DNA from: an uncultured Gemmatimonadales bacterium
GTDB lineage: Bacteria > Gemmatimonadota > Gemmatimonadetes > Longimicrobiales > Gaopeijiaceae
Direction: 5' to 3'
Length of the DNA: 64,000 bases
Assembly (NCBI GenBank): GCA_963823035.1
Contig: CAWGKG010000020.1
Span: forward strand, 288,001 to 352,000
Shown one piece after another: positions 1 to 11,360 of this stretch. Under the pieces are notes generated by a model. The model searched no databases and had not been told where the DNA came from. It saw nothing but the letters and a program-made list of their open reading frames with translations. Within the stretch, counting starts at the first letter, position 1. Every line of letters begins with the position of its first letter. Made by a program: the position numbers and the translations under genes.

Positions 1-707
1 GCCGTCGCCCGACGTACGGGTCGAAGTTCTTCTCGACCATCGTCTCCTTCCGCCATGCTCCCACCTCGGTCAGGCGCGGATAGGCTTTGATCTCGATGCG
101 CCACCCCTGGTCGTCGGTGAGATGCCAGTGGAAGCGGTTGATCTTGTAGCGCGCGAGCTCGTCGATGTAGCGCTTCACGAACTCGGGCCCGAAGAAGTGC
201 CGTGCCACGTCGAGGTGCATGCCGCGCCAGGAGAAGCGCGGCGCGTCCGCCAAGGCGGCCGCGGGGAGCTTCACCGCCGCCGCGCCGTTCGATGCCGTCG
301 GCCGGGAGCATCTGGGTAAGCGTCTCCAGGCCGTAGAAGAGCCCCGCGTGGTCGTGACCCGTCACCACCACGCTGTCGCCGGTGACGGTGAGTGCGTAGC
401 CCTCCGCCGGGCCGGCGTCGTCCACGCGCAGGCAGACGGAGCCCTTCACGCACGGCCCGGCCTCCGCGGGGAGGGCCCACCCGGTCGCCGCCCGCACGGG
501 GGCGGCCCAGAAGTCCGCGAGGCGGGCGACCTCCGGATCCGCGTCGTTGCCGAGCGCGATGCGGGTGCGTGGGCCGAGCTCGAAGTCGCCCTTGCCGGGC
601 GTGAGCGAACGGGGGGCCGGAAGAAGCGTGAAGTCGGCGGCGGTGTGCGCGCCTGCGCATCCACCGAGGGAGAGCACGAGGAGGAGCGCGAAGAGAGGGT
701 CGGGTCA
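1..707 (-). CDS. beta-N-acetylhexosaminidase (GH20), lipoprotein; runs off the window start, frameshifted
   Basis: Manual minus-strand translation gives PRFSWRGMHLDVARHFF..YKINRFHWHLTDDQGWRIEIKAYPRLTEVGAWR (GH20 motifs). N-terminus LFALLLVLSLGGC is lipobox-like. Not captured as one ORF in the track. Confidence 0.9.
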
Positions 708-857
708 CGGGGATGGCGATCGATTCGGCGTGGGGGCGGGTGGGCGGTGGGGGCGGCGACGCGCCACGCCCCGTGAACACGTACCGGCAGACCGGTCCGG
801 GGGCAAGGCGCCGAGGCGAAGGACGCCGCCCATGATCCCCCGGTGGGACGCGAGCGC

Positions 858-3800
858 TCAGGCCGCCGGCGGGAGGAGGACGCGTACCATCGTGCCGACG
901 TCCGGGGTGCTGGACGCGGTCACGTAGCCTCCGCCCTGGCGTACGGCGCCGTACACCATCGACAGACCGAGGCCCGATGCCGTTCCGGGCTCCTTCGTCG
1001 TGAAGAAGGGCTCGAAGACGTGCTCGAGCACACTGCGCTCCATGCCGGATCCGGTGTCCGCGACCTCGATGCCGACGTAGCGCCCGGCCGGGATCTCGTC
1101 TGGCCCTTCGCGCACGACCGGCTCGAGCAGGTCGACCGACCGTACCGCCACGGTCAGGCGTCCGCCGTGCGGCATGGCGTCGACCGCGTTGAGCACGAGG
1201 TTCGCGACGACCTGGCTGAGCTGCGCGTGGTCGAAGTGCACGTGCAGCGCCTCGTCCCCGGGCCGCATGTCCAGCTCGATGCGCCCCGTCGTCGAGACGC
1301 ACGAGCAGCTCCCTGAGGTCGGTCAGGGACTCGCGCACGTCCATGCGCTCGTCCCTGCGGATCTGGCGACGGCTGAAGCCCAGGAGTTGGGAGACGAGGG
1401 AAGAACCTCGCCGGGCGGCCTTCTCGATCTCCGCCAGGTCCGCCACCATCTCGCCGTCCTCGGGCGATGCCTCACTGATCAGCTGCGCGTGCCCCATGAT
1501 CGAGGTCAGGAGGTTGTTGAAGTCGTGGGCCACGCCGCCCGCCAGCCGACCCACGGCCTCCATGCGTTGCGCCTGCAGGAACTGCTCCTCCAGGCGCCGC
1601 CGCTGCTCCTCGGCCTCGCGCCTTTCGGTGATGTCGGTGAGCGAGCCGACGATGCTGACCGTGCGCCCGTCCACCACCACCGGTGCCTCGTTCACCAGCA
1701 CCCGGAGCCTGCGGCCCTTCGCGGTCCTGAGCTCCAGCTCGTAGGGCGGCTGACGCTCGCCCGTCCGGATGGCGCGTTCCGTGGCCGCGAGGCCCGCGTC
1801 GTTCTCCGGGTCTTCTTCGAGGAAGTCGGTCCAATTCTTCAGGGCGTCCTCGGGGCTGCAGTCGAAGAACTGCCACGACTGCGGGCTCACGTAGGTCAGC
1901 TGGTGGTCGGGAGCGTGCGCGTAGAAGAGGTTCGTGCTGTGCTCGAGGATGGCGCGGATGCGCTCCTCGCGGAGGGCCAGCTCGCGCGTGTGCTCCCGCA
2001 CGAGCCCTTCCAGGCGCCTGCGTTCACGCTCGAGGCTCCGGGCCCGCAGGAAGGGCACACCGGCCAGGGCCGCCGTGGCGAGGAGCGCCGAGAGGCCGAG
2101 GAACCAGGTCGTTTGCCAGAAGGTGGGGAGCACCGTGAAACGCACGCGCGCCGGCTCGGCGCTGACGACGCCGTTCGGGCTCACCGCGACCACCTCGAAG
2201 GTGTACGACCCCGGCCCCAGTCCCGCGAGGCTCACCGTCCCCTCCGCGACCGGCTCGGACCACACGCCGCCGTCGTTGGCGAGGCGGTAGCGGAAGCGCA
2301 CGGCCCGCTCGTCGCGGAAGGTGGGCGACGAGAAATGCATCGTCACGACACCCGGGCGAGGCGGCAGCTCCGCGTCGATGCGCGGGAACCGGCGCGTGCC
2401 GACGCTCGGCCCGTCCGCGTAGACGGCGAGCGGTGCGTCGTCGTCGGGTGCGTCGAGGGAGCGGTCGTAGCGGTAGACGCCTGTGCTGCGGCCCGAACCA
2501 GAGCAGGCCGTGGGTGTCCTCCAGCGCGGCGGTGGCCGACCCCTCGAGGTCCACGACGCCGTCGCCCGCCCCATAGTGCCTGACGGACCCGGCCGAGTAC
2601 CGATCCAGGCCGTTCGACGAGAAGAGCCACACGTCGCCCCGCGAGTCCGGGAGCACGGCCCAGACGAAGTCGTTGGCGAGGCCGTCCCGCGTCGTGATCT
2701 GCCGGATCGAGTCGCCATCGGCCACGAACACGCCGTCGCCGTTCGTGGCCATCCAGATCCGGCCTTGCCGGGTCCGTCGACGACGTCCCAGACCCACTGG
2801 TCGGTGAGACCCTGCTCTCGCCCAGCGACGCGCACGGAGTGGCCGTCCCAGACCCGTCACGCCCCCCGACTGCAAGCCGGCCCAGAGATCGACCGCGGAG
2901 TCGACGGTCAGGCTGCTCACGTAGACGTCCTGGAGCTCCGGGACGTCCACCGGACGGATCGCGCCTCGCTCCCAGCGCGCCAGCCCGTGCCTGGGTACCG
3001 ACCCACACGCCGGTCGCGTCCGGGAGGAGGGAGAGCACGTAGTCGGCGGGGAGCCCGTCCGACTCCGCGACAGACGCGGCTGTCGCCGTCGTGGTAGTAG
3101 CACCAGGCCGGAGCGCGTGCCGACCAGCATGCCACCCTCCGGCGGTGCTGCCGAGGGCAGTAGACCCTCGGGTCGGTGATCTCGCCGGGGAGGGGGAGGG
3201 CGTCGAAGCGCTCACCCTCCTGCACGGCTGCGCCATTGCGCGTGCCGACCCACAGGCGTCCCGTCCTGGTCGAGGGCGAGCGCACGGGCGGTCTGGTCGG
3301 GCAGCCCGGACTCCTCGCCGAGGAGCGCGAACGGTCCAGGCACGAGCTTGGAGAGGCCACCCTCCGTCCCGAACCAGACGACGCCGTCGCGGTCCACGAG
3401 CACCCGGTCGGTCGCGGTTCGACGCGAGGCCGTTCGCCTCGGTGAGGCGGACGCACCTTCCCGTTCTCGTAGACGAGCACGCCCTTCGGGCGTCGTGAAC
3501 CACAGCGCGACCCAGGCTGTCCACCGCCGCGTCGGTGAACACGGGGGGGTCCGCCCAGGTCCGGCAGGGGGATGTGCTCGGCGTCGCCCGTCGTGGTAGC
3601 GGACGAGCCCGGCGGAGCCCGCCGAAGAAGCGTGCCGTCGTCGGTCGGCAGCACCACCGCGACGTCCCGGCCGCGCCGGAAGGAAGCGGCCGGGCTCGAA
3701 GTCGTCGCCGATGCAGCTCGGCCGACGCCCGCGGACGTGAGGACCGACATCACGTCGAGCAGCCAGACCTTCCGGACCTCGTCCGACGGGCAGCCCGTCC

Positions 3801-4365
3801 GCCATGCGGAAGGTGCGCACCAGGCGTCGGTTGCGCAGCTCGGTCAGGCCGTTCGTCGTGGCGACCCAGACGCTCCCGTCGCCGTCCGCGAAGAGGTCGT
3901 TCACCTCGTCGTCGGCTAGGCCGTCGGCCTCCCGGAGGCAGTCGACGACGCGGCCGTTGGCGACGAAGCAGACGCCACCGCCGATGGTCGCGGCGACCAG
4001 GGTGCCGTCCGCCGTCTCGACGACGTCGGTGACCCGGTTGGCGCTCAGCCCGTCGCGCGCCGTGAGCGTGTGGAACGTGCGCCCGTCGTAGCGGCTCAGA
4101 CCGCCGTACGTGCCGACCCACAGGAATCCCCGGCGGTCCTGGTGCAGGGCGATCACCTGCGGTCTGGGGCAGGCCCTCCTGCGCGCTGTAGTTGCGGAAG
4201 TTGAGGAGCTGCGCGGCGAGGGGGGGAGCCAGAGGGTGCGAGCGTGGCCAGCGCGCAGGCCAGGAGGGACGGGACGAGTCGAAGGGTGAGGTTGGACAGG
4301 CTCCTCGCCCGAGCGGACGCCGTACCCGACCGGACCCACTCCGGATCCGGTCTCGGGGGCGTCAT
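858..4365 (-). CDS. sensor histidine kinase: periplasmic beta-propeller (Reg_prop) + Y_Y_Y + TM + PAS + HisKA + HATPase; several frameshifts
   Basis: Repeated DxxGxLWVGTxxGL propeller units, FRYRL..YTFEV (Y_Y_Y), PTFWQTTWF TM, a PAS domain, GGVAHDFNNLL H-box and VFEPFFTTK..GLGL, spread over ORFs 3212-4384, 2024-3130, 271-2835 and 858-1268. Confidence 0.85.
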
Positions 4366-4745
4366 CGGGTCTGCCTTCGACCATGGAGGCCGCAGTCTGC
4401 TCGCGGCGAGCCCGTCGGGCCTCGGCTGGGGCCCGAGGGGCGGCACCAATCGTCCGTTCTCAACGGAATCCCCTCATCAGGTTCCTGGGGGCGCCAGGGA
4501 ACACGCCTGCGACGCGATGGGTGGGGCGTCGATGGACAGCCCCACGGCGCGCCGCCCCTGCCGCACATCCCCACCATGGGAGTATCGACACGTGCGCGTC
4601 GGACCTGAGCGCCTTCGGCCGCGGTGGGTCCGCGATCTCGCGAGCGGACGGGGCAGCCGTGCGCCGCCCTCGCCACGGGAGTCGGCGGGAATTCGACGCA
4701 CGAGAACCGGTGGAGCGCGACGGCGAGGGGCGCCATCTTCCCCCC

Positions 4746-5811
4746 ATGGAAACGGAAACGCAGGCGCTGCCGCCACGGCCCGAGATGATGGAGGCGTTCC
4801 TCAGCGGTGACGCTTCCTACGACGGGATCTTCTTCACGGGGGTCCGCACCACGGGGATCTTCTGTCGCCCCACCTGCGTGGCGAAGAAGCCCAAGCCGGA
4901 CAACGTCGTCTTCTTCGCGACGCCCAGGGAGGCGGTCCTCGCGGGATACCGGGCCTGCAAGCGATGCCGCCCGCTCCACGCGCCGGGTGAGACGCCGGCG
5001 TGGGTGGTGCGTCTCCTGGACGAGGTCGAGCGCGACCCAGGGCGGAGGTGGCGCGACGGCGATCTGCGCGCGATGGGGCTGAGCCCCGGGCGGGTGCGCA
5101 CCTGGTTCCAATCCCGGCTGGGGATGACCTTCCACGGCTTCTCCAGGGCACGGCGGCTGGGGGTGGCGCTCGGTCGGATCCAGGAGGGCGACGGCGTTGC
5201 CCCCGCGGCCTTCTCCTCGGGGTACGAGTCATTGAGCGCGTTCAACGAGGCCTTCAAGCAGGTGCTGGGAACCACGCCGAGCGAAGCGCGGAACTCGACC
5301 GTCCTGAGCGTCACCCGCATCGCCACGCCGCTCGGATCGATGGTGGCCGCGGCCGGGGAAGGCGCACTCTGGCTGCTCGAGTTCACGGACCGGCGCAAGC
5401 TGCCCACGCAGCTGCGGACGCTCCAGGAGCGCCACGGATGCCTGCTGGTGCCGGGCAGCGATCCCGCTGCTGAGGGCCACGGCGGAAGAGCTGGACGCCT
5501 ACTTCGCGCGTGAGCTGCGCACGTTCTCGATCCCCTTGCGGGCGCCCGGCACTCCGTTCCAGGAGGCCGTCTGGCGGGAGCTGAGGCGCGTACCGTGGGG
5601 CGCCACGACCACGTACGCGGAGCTGGCCGCCGGGCTCGGGCGGCCGGGGGCCGCGCGCGCCGTGGGGCGAGCGAACGGGGACAACCGCATCGCCATCCTC
5701 CTCCCGTGCCACCGGGTGGTGGGCAGCGACGGGCGGCTCACCGGGTACGGCGGGGGCCTCTGGCGGAAGCGGCGTCTCCTCGAGCTCGAAGGGGCCGCCG
5801 CACGGGTGTAA
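4746..5811 (+). CDS. ada: Ada bifunctional regulator / O6-methylguanine-DNA methyltransferase (frameshift near 5470)
   Basis: Zn site GIFCRPTC..GYRACKRC, AraC-type HTH and C-terminal PCHRVV active site. Confidence 0.92.
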
Positions 5812-5845
5812 TCCTCCGGAACGCGCGGGCGTAAAGACAGCGACA

Positions 5846-5873
5846 ACCCTACAAACTTGAACAGTTTGAGGGT
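5846..5873. promoter_or_regulatory. AT-rich inverted repeat, putative operator of the downstream operon
   Basis: ACCCT-a-CAAACT-tgaac-AGTTTG-AGGGT, 33 bp upstream of the ATG at 5906. Confidence 0.55.
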
Positions 5874-5905
5874 GAAATCCTGCCCACGACGTCGGAGGTA
5901 CCGCC

Positions 5906-6358
5906 ATGTCCCGTGCCACGTTCGCCCTCGCGCTCTCCCTCTCGCTCTCCCTGGCCGCCTGCGGCGGCGACAGCCCCACCGATCCCGGCGGGACCGACGG
6001 CAACAACAACGGCGGGAGCACCGGGCGCACGGTCAAAGCGGATCCGTCCTTCGCCTCGGACGTCTTCGAGATCTTCACGCGACGTGGCTGCACCGGCTCC
6101 CAGTGCCACGGTGGGGGGCAGGGAGGTCTCACCATGAGCTCCGCGAGCGGCGCCTACACGGACCTCGTCGGCGTGAAGTCGCCCATCTCGCAGGAGGTGC
6201 GCGTCATCGCCGGCAACGCCGACGACAGCTACCTCGTCAAGAAGCTGGAGGGGACCGCGTCGGCGGGCGAGCGGATGCCGCTGGGCGGGAGCCCCCTGGA
6301 CGCGACCGACCTCCAGAACATCAAGAACTGGATCAACCAGGGCGCCAAGAACAACTGA
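5906..6358 (+). CDS. lipoprotein with cytochrome c-like domain (atypical CX4CH motif)
   Basis: Lipobox LAAC, CTGSQCH, later ERMPLGG (candidate Met ligand) and I..WI.QGA.NN ending. GGAGG RBS. Confidence 0.7.
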   Translation: MSRATFALALSLSLSLAACGGDSPTDPGGTDGNNNGGSTGRTVKADPSFASDVFEIFTRRGCTGSQCHGGGQGGLTMSSASGAYTDLVGVKSPISQEVRVIAGNADDSYLVKKLEGTASAGERMPLGGSPLDATDLQNIKNWINQGAKNN

Positions 6359-6370
6359 GGAGGGTGGGCC

Positions 6371-6997
6371 ATGATGACGCGCGTCACGTCGGCCGCTTCC
6401 TCACTCGCCGCGATCGCGGTCGCCTTCGCGGTCGGGTCTTCCCTGCACGCCCAGGAGATGGACGTGGACCGGTCCGCGAACCGGATCGTACGCTTCATCT
6501 CCCGCTCGCAGGTGGACGAGTTCGAGGGCGTCACCGACCACATCGACGGCTACGTCCTGCTGGACGGACAGCCGCTGTCGGCGTCGACCGGACGGGGACG
6601 ACACCGAGCTGTACCTCGAGGTCGACCTGGCGAGCATCGACACCGGGATCGGGCTGCGCAACCGGCACATGCGCGACAACTACCTCGAGGTCGAGAAGTA
6701 CCCGTACGCGTCGTTCAAGGGTCGCATCGGCGCGGTGCAGGCGAGCGCGGACGGCGGCGGAAGGTCACGGCCTCCGGGACGTTCACGATCCACGGCGTAT
6801 CGCGCGAGCGGGACATCACCTGCGACGTGTCGCCCGTGGGGGAGGGCTATCACGCCGAGTGCGCCTTCGCGGTGCTCCTCTCCGATCACGACATCGAGAT
6901 CCCCAAGGTCATGTTCCTGAAGCTCGCCAACGAGATCCGGGTCGAAGTCGAATTCACCGTATCACCCGCCGGGAAGAGCGCGGGAGGGAATCCATGA
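6371..6997 (+). CDS. YceI family polyisoprenoid-binding protein (frameshifted)
   Basis: Signal peptide. Across frames: VDLASIDTGIGLRNRHMRDNYLEVEKYP..F and GTFTIHGVSRE. Confidence 0.85.
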   Translation: MMTRVTSAASSLAAIAVAFAVGSSLHAQEMDVDRSANRIVRFISRSQVDEFEGVTDHIDGYVLLDGQPLSASTGRGRHRAVPRGRPGEHRHRDRAAQPAHARQLPRGREVPVRVVQGSHRRGAGERGRRRKVTASGTFTIHGVSRERDITCDVSPVGEGYHAECAFAVLLSDHDIEIPKVMFLKLANEIRVEVEFTVSPAGKSAGGNP

Positions 6998-7870
6998 GAG
7001 CGCTGTCGTTCGTCGTCGCGTCGGCCCTGTTCCTCTCGCCGCTCGCGGCCTCCGCGCAGGAGCCCCCCGCGCGTTGGCAGCGGCGGAGCGGGCCCACGGT
7101 CGCCCCGGTGACCGTCTTCCATTCCACGCAGTCGGGGAACCTCCCCACGGCGGAGACGCTGCGAAAGGGAGAGCTTCTCTTCGAGATCTCCCACCGCTTC
7201 TTCCCGGCCATCTCGCAGGGGGCGGACGCGCTCTGGGGGCTGGACGGTCCGGTGACCAACCGTCTGGGGCTGGCCTACGCGGTGACCGACCGGGCGATGA
7301 TCGGCGTGCTGCGCAGCAACCTGGACGACAACCTCGAGCTGGACGCGAAGGTGCGCGTGCTCGAGGGCGGACGGGACGCGATGCCGTTCATGGTGGCCCT
7401 GATGGGCGGGGTGGCCTTCAACACCGGCCTGCCGGAGGGCGAGGTCTACGACGGCAACGAGACCCAGGCGTACGGTCAGCTCATCGTGAACGCCAAGGTG
7501 GGCGAGCGGGTGGCGCTCGGGCGTGGTACCGACGCTCCTGCACAACCCGCGGATCGCCGACACCGACAAGGGGAACGCGTTCGTGCTCGGCCTGAACGCG
7601 CAGCTCTATCTGTCGTCGATGGCCAGCCTGTTCGGCGAGTGGGTGGTGAGCCCCGAGAGCGCGGACTTCCCGGACGAGGCCACCGCCCTGCACGACCCCG
7701 TGACGCTGGGTCTCGAGCTGGAGACGGGCGGGCACTTCTTCAAGCTGCTGGTGACGAACAGCACGAGGCTGAACCCGACGCAGGAGCTGCAGGGGACGCC
7801 CTTCCCGTTCAAGCCCCACGACTGGCGCTTCGGCTTCAACGTCACCCGGCTGCTCAGCCTGGGCGGGTGA
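6994..7870 (+). CDS. outer-membrane beta-barrel protein, DUF5777-like (frameshift near 7520)
   Basis: LLFEISHRF..LWGLDG..RLGLAY, GLELETGGHFFKLLVTN and C-terminal FGFNVTR. ATGA overlap with the YceI gene. Confidence 0.75.
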
Positions 7871-7882
7871 GGACGGGGCGGG

Positions 7883-8056
7883 TCAGCCCGTCCCGACGTA
7901 GTTGACCAGCAGCACGTAGAGCACGCCCGCGATCGCGAGGACGGCGGCGATCTTGAGCAGCCGCTTCAGGATCGCGAACGCGATCATCGCGACGATGATC
8001 AGGATGGGGACCAGCAGGAGCGGGGTGGCCAGAAGGAAGTCGACGATACCGGTCAC
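7883..8056 (-). CDS. small (57 aa) two-helix membrane protein
   Basis: GTG start; MTGIVDFLLATPLLLVPILIIVAMIAFAILKRLLKIAAVLAIAGVLYVLLVNYVGTG. It forms the tail of ORF 7883-8953. Confidence 0.65.
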   Translation of the reverse strand: MTGIVDFLLATPLLLVPILIIVAMIAFAILKRLLKIAAVLAIAGVLYVLLVNYVGTG

Positions 8057-8166
8057 GGCGCGTGCTCTCCCGGGGGGAATCCCTGCCGACCCGTCGCGGG
8101 TCGTCGCGCGTGCATTATGAAAGCGGGGCCCGGCTGCCGATGTCCAGCCGGGCCCCGTGCGTGGCC

Positions 8167-10799
8167 TCAGTCGGAGCGGAGCGCCTTCGCCGGGTCCGTC
8201 GCGCTGGCGCGCCAGGCGGGAACGAAGCGCCGCCACCGCTCCCACGACACCGAGCACCGCCGCCGCCCCCAGGAGGGGGACCGGGTCGGTCGGCGCCACC
8301 TCGTAGAGGAAGCGGGTCAGCACGTCCGAGGCGAGCAGCGCCGCCGCGATGCCTCCGGCCACGCCCAGGAGGACGGGAAGCATCCCACGGCCCACGACGT
8401 CGCGCAGGAGAAGGCGCGGGCGAGCGCCCAGCGCCATGCGGATCCCGAACTCCGCCGACCGCTGTTGCACGCCGTACGACACGACGCCGTAGATGCCCAC
8501 CGCGCCCATGAGCAGGCCCATCGCGCTGAAGAGGGTCAGGAAGAAGCGCAGGCGCAGCGTCTCGGACATCGCCTCGTCGACCACGGTCGTCATCGTCTCG
8601 ATCCGCCCGACGACGGCGGCCGGCTCCAGCTCGGGCACGATCGCGCGCACCGCCGGGGCGAGGGCCGCGGGATCGCCCGTGGTGCGCAGCACGAGGATCC
8701 CGTACGTGGACTCGCGCATCGTCTGGGCCCAGGGGTAGTACGCGGCCATCGGCACGTCGCCTACGAGCCCGTCGACCGCGATGTCGCGCACCACTCCGAC
8801 CACGCGGATGTCCCCGCTGCCGAATCCGTTGCGTGTGATCGTCCGTCCGATCGGGTCGTCCTCGCCCCACATGCGACGGGCGAATGTCTCGTTCACGACC
8901 GCCACCAGCGGAGCGTCCTCGTCGTCCGAGGGGAGGACGTTGCGGCCGCGCACGATCTCCGCGCCGAGGGCGTCGAACGTGTGCGGGTCCGACCGTGCGG
9001 TAGTACGCGTTGGGTGCCCGCTCGCCGGCGAGGTCCGGCCGGTCCGAGGCGGTGACCGTGCCCTGCCACCCGCCGTCCTGGATCGGGACGCGGTTGATGA
9101 GGTCGGCCGCCTGCACGCCCGGGAGCGCGCGGGCGCGCTCCACCAGGCTGGTGAGCACCTCCCGGCGCCGCGGGCGCGTCCACGGACTGCTCACCCATGA
9201 GCACGTCGACGACCAGGACGCCCCTGGGGATCGAGCCCCGGCTCGATGCCGCGGAGGCGATCCACCGAGCGGATGAGCAGGCCGGCCCCGGTCACCAGCA
9301 CCACCGCGAGGAGCACCTCGGACACCACGAGCGCGCTCTGCATGCGGGCGGATCCCGCCGCGCCCCCGCCCTGACCCCGATGGCCGAGCGCGCTGCCGGA
9401 AAGGTCGCCGGCGACGAGCTGCCGCATCGGCGCGAGGGAGATCACGGCGCCGCTGCCGACCGCGAGCACGAGGCCGGCCCCCACCGCGCGCCAGTCCAGC
9501 GAGAGGGTGTCGGCGAGTCCGCTGCCCAGGGGGAGGCTCGCCACCAGCACGTTGAACACGGCGACCGCGAGGGCGATGCCCGCCGCGCCCCCGACCACAC
9601 CGAGCAGCACCGATTCGGTGAGCACCTGGCGCGCCAGCCGCACGCGGCCGGCCCCGATCGCGGCGCGCACGGACATCTCCCCCTTCCGGTCCGCGGTGCG
9701 GGTCAGGATGAGCGCGGCCACGTTCGCGCACGCCATCAGGAGGACCAGCCCGACGGCGCCGAGCAGCAGGAGGAGCGGCGGGCGCACGTCTCCCAGGATG
9801 TACTCCCTCAGCGGTGTGACGTGCGGGCTCTTCGTCTTGTCCCAGGCCTCGGGATAGTTGAAGCGCTCGCCGAGCGCACCCGCCAGCGAGGCCAGATCCT
9901 CGCCCACCTGTGCGGCGGTCACGCCCGGCCCCTGCCTGCCGAGAAGCACCAGCCATCCGTTGCCCTGGTAGCCGGCGTCGTCCGGATCGAGGTTCAGCGG
10001 CGTCCACGCCCGCATGTCGGGTGTGGGGAAGTAGAAGTCCCTCGGCATGACCCCGATCACGGTCGTCGGGCGACCGTCGATCTCGACACGCCGTCCGACC
10101 AGGTCCGGGTCGGCGCCGAACTCCGTCTGCCACAGTCCGTACGACAGGACGATGACCCGCTCGGAGCCGGGGCGGTCCTCGCCGGGGAGGAACGTCCGGC
10201 CGAGGAGCGGTCTGCGCGCCCAGCACGTCGAAGACGTTCGCGGAGGCGATGGTGGCCATCACCAGCGAGGAGCGCCCGTCGGAGCGCATCGTCACGGCGT
10301 CGTTCGAGAAGGCGGCCAGCGATTCGAAGGCTCGCGTCCGGTCGCGCACGAAGTCGTACTCGACGCCCCGCCAGTTGTAGTCCATCCAGAAGACGGACAG
10401 CTCGCCCTCGTCACGCACGGGCAGTGGGCGGAGAAGCAGCCCGTCCACCACGCTGAAGATCGCCACCGTGCCGCCGATGCCGAGCGCGAGGGTCACCGTC
10501 GCCAGCAGGCTGAAGGCCGGGTGCTTGCGCAGCTGCCGCCACGCGAAGCGCACGTCCGCGCCCAGGTCCTGGAGGGCGGTCACGCCCCACGACTCGCGCG
10601 TCTGCTCCCGGAAGCGCTCCACACCGCCGAACTTCACGCGGGCCAGGCGGCGCGCCTCCTCGGGCGCGTGGCCGGCCGCCTCGAGCTTGCGCGCTTCCAT
10701 GTCGAGATGGAACGCCATCTCCTCGTCGAGTCCGCGCTCGAGGTCGTCACGCCGGAAGACCGCACGCACGCGAAACCAGAGATCCGTCATCCACCGCAT
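8167..10799 (-). CDS. ADOP-type (duplicated MacB/FtsX) ABC permease; frameshifted
   Basis: Permease prefix [69 protein letters not shown] and ending [10 protein letters not shown]. Confidence 0.9.
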
Positions 10800-10812
10800 C
10801 GTCCCACCCCCT

Positions 10813-11145
10813 TCACGCGAGTCCCATGATCCGTTCGACCGCCTCCGAGAGACGAGACCACGTCTCGTGCTCGAGCCCCAGCTGCCCCGCACCGGCCGGC
10901 GTCAGGACGTAGTAGCGCGCCCTGCGGTTGTTCTCCGTGGTGCGCCACTCCGAGCGGATCCACCCCTCCCGCGTCAGGCGATGCAGCGCCGGGTAGAGCG
11001 AGCCCTGGTTCACCTGGAGGGCGTCCCGGGACACCTGCTGGATCCGCTCGCCGATCCCCCAGCCGTGCATCGGCTCGAGGGAGAGCACCTTGAGGATGAG
11101 CATGTCCAGCGTGCCCCGGATCATGTCGGGCGGGTTCTTGGGCAT
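10813..11145 (-). CDS. PadR family transcriptional regulator (acidobacterial type)
   Basis: GTLDMLILKVL..MHGWGI..QGSLYPALHRL..W..TENNRRARYY. Lies directly upstream of the ADOP permease. Confidence 0.92.
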   Translation of the reverse strand: MPKNPPDMIRGTLDMLILKVLSLEPMHGWGIGERIQQVSRDALQVNQGSLYPALHRLTREGWIRSEWRTTENNRRARYYVLTPAGAGQLGLEHETWSRLSEAVERIMGLA

Positions 11146-11168
11146 CTCGGGCTCCGGTCTCGGATCGT

Positions 11169-11189
11169 TCCTCTCGAAAAACGAGAGGA
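11169..11189. promoter_or_regulatory. perfect palindrome, putative PadR operator
   Basis: TCCTCTCG-AAAAA-CGAGAGGA between the ECF promoter and the padR start. Confidence 0.65.
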
Positions 11190-11201
11190 GTCGTCCGTAC
11201 A

Positions 11202-11228
11202 GACGGCGCGAGGGGGCGAAAGGTTGCA
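11202..11228 (-). promoter_or_regulatory. ECF sigma promoter TGCAAC-N17-CGTC
   Basis: Minus-strand reading TGCAAC ctttcgccccctcgcgc CGTC. Same geometry at 53061-53087. Confidence 0.65.
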
Positions 11229-11360
11229 GACCCGCCCTTGCGCGGCTTCCCCGCAACCCCGAAATCATGGGAACTTCAGCAACGTAGATCCGAAGCGACG
11301 GGCCCATTCCGACCGGCCGCCCCTCCCCTGGCCGCGAACCCCACAACGGGAGTAGCGATC

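Noticed and set aside
4688..4702. Ada box upstream of ada
   Set aside because: AAT-N5-GCAC does not match the AAT-N6-GCAA spacing or sequence.
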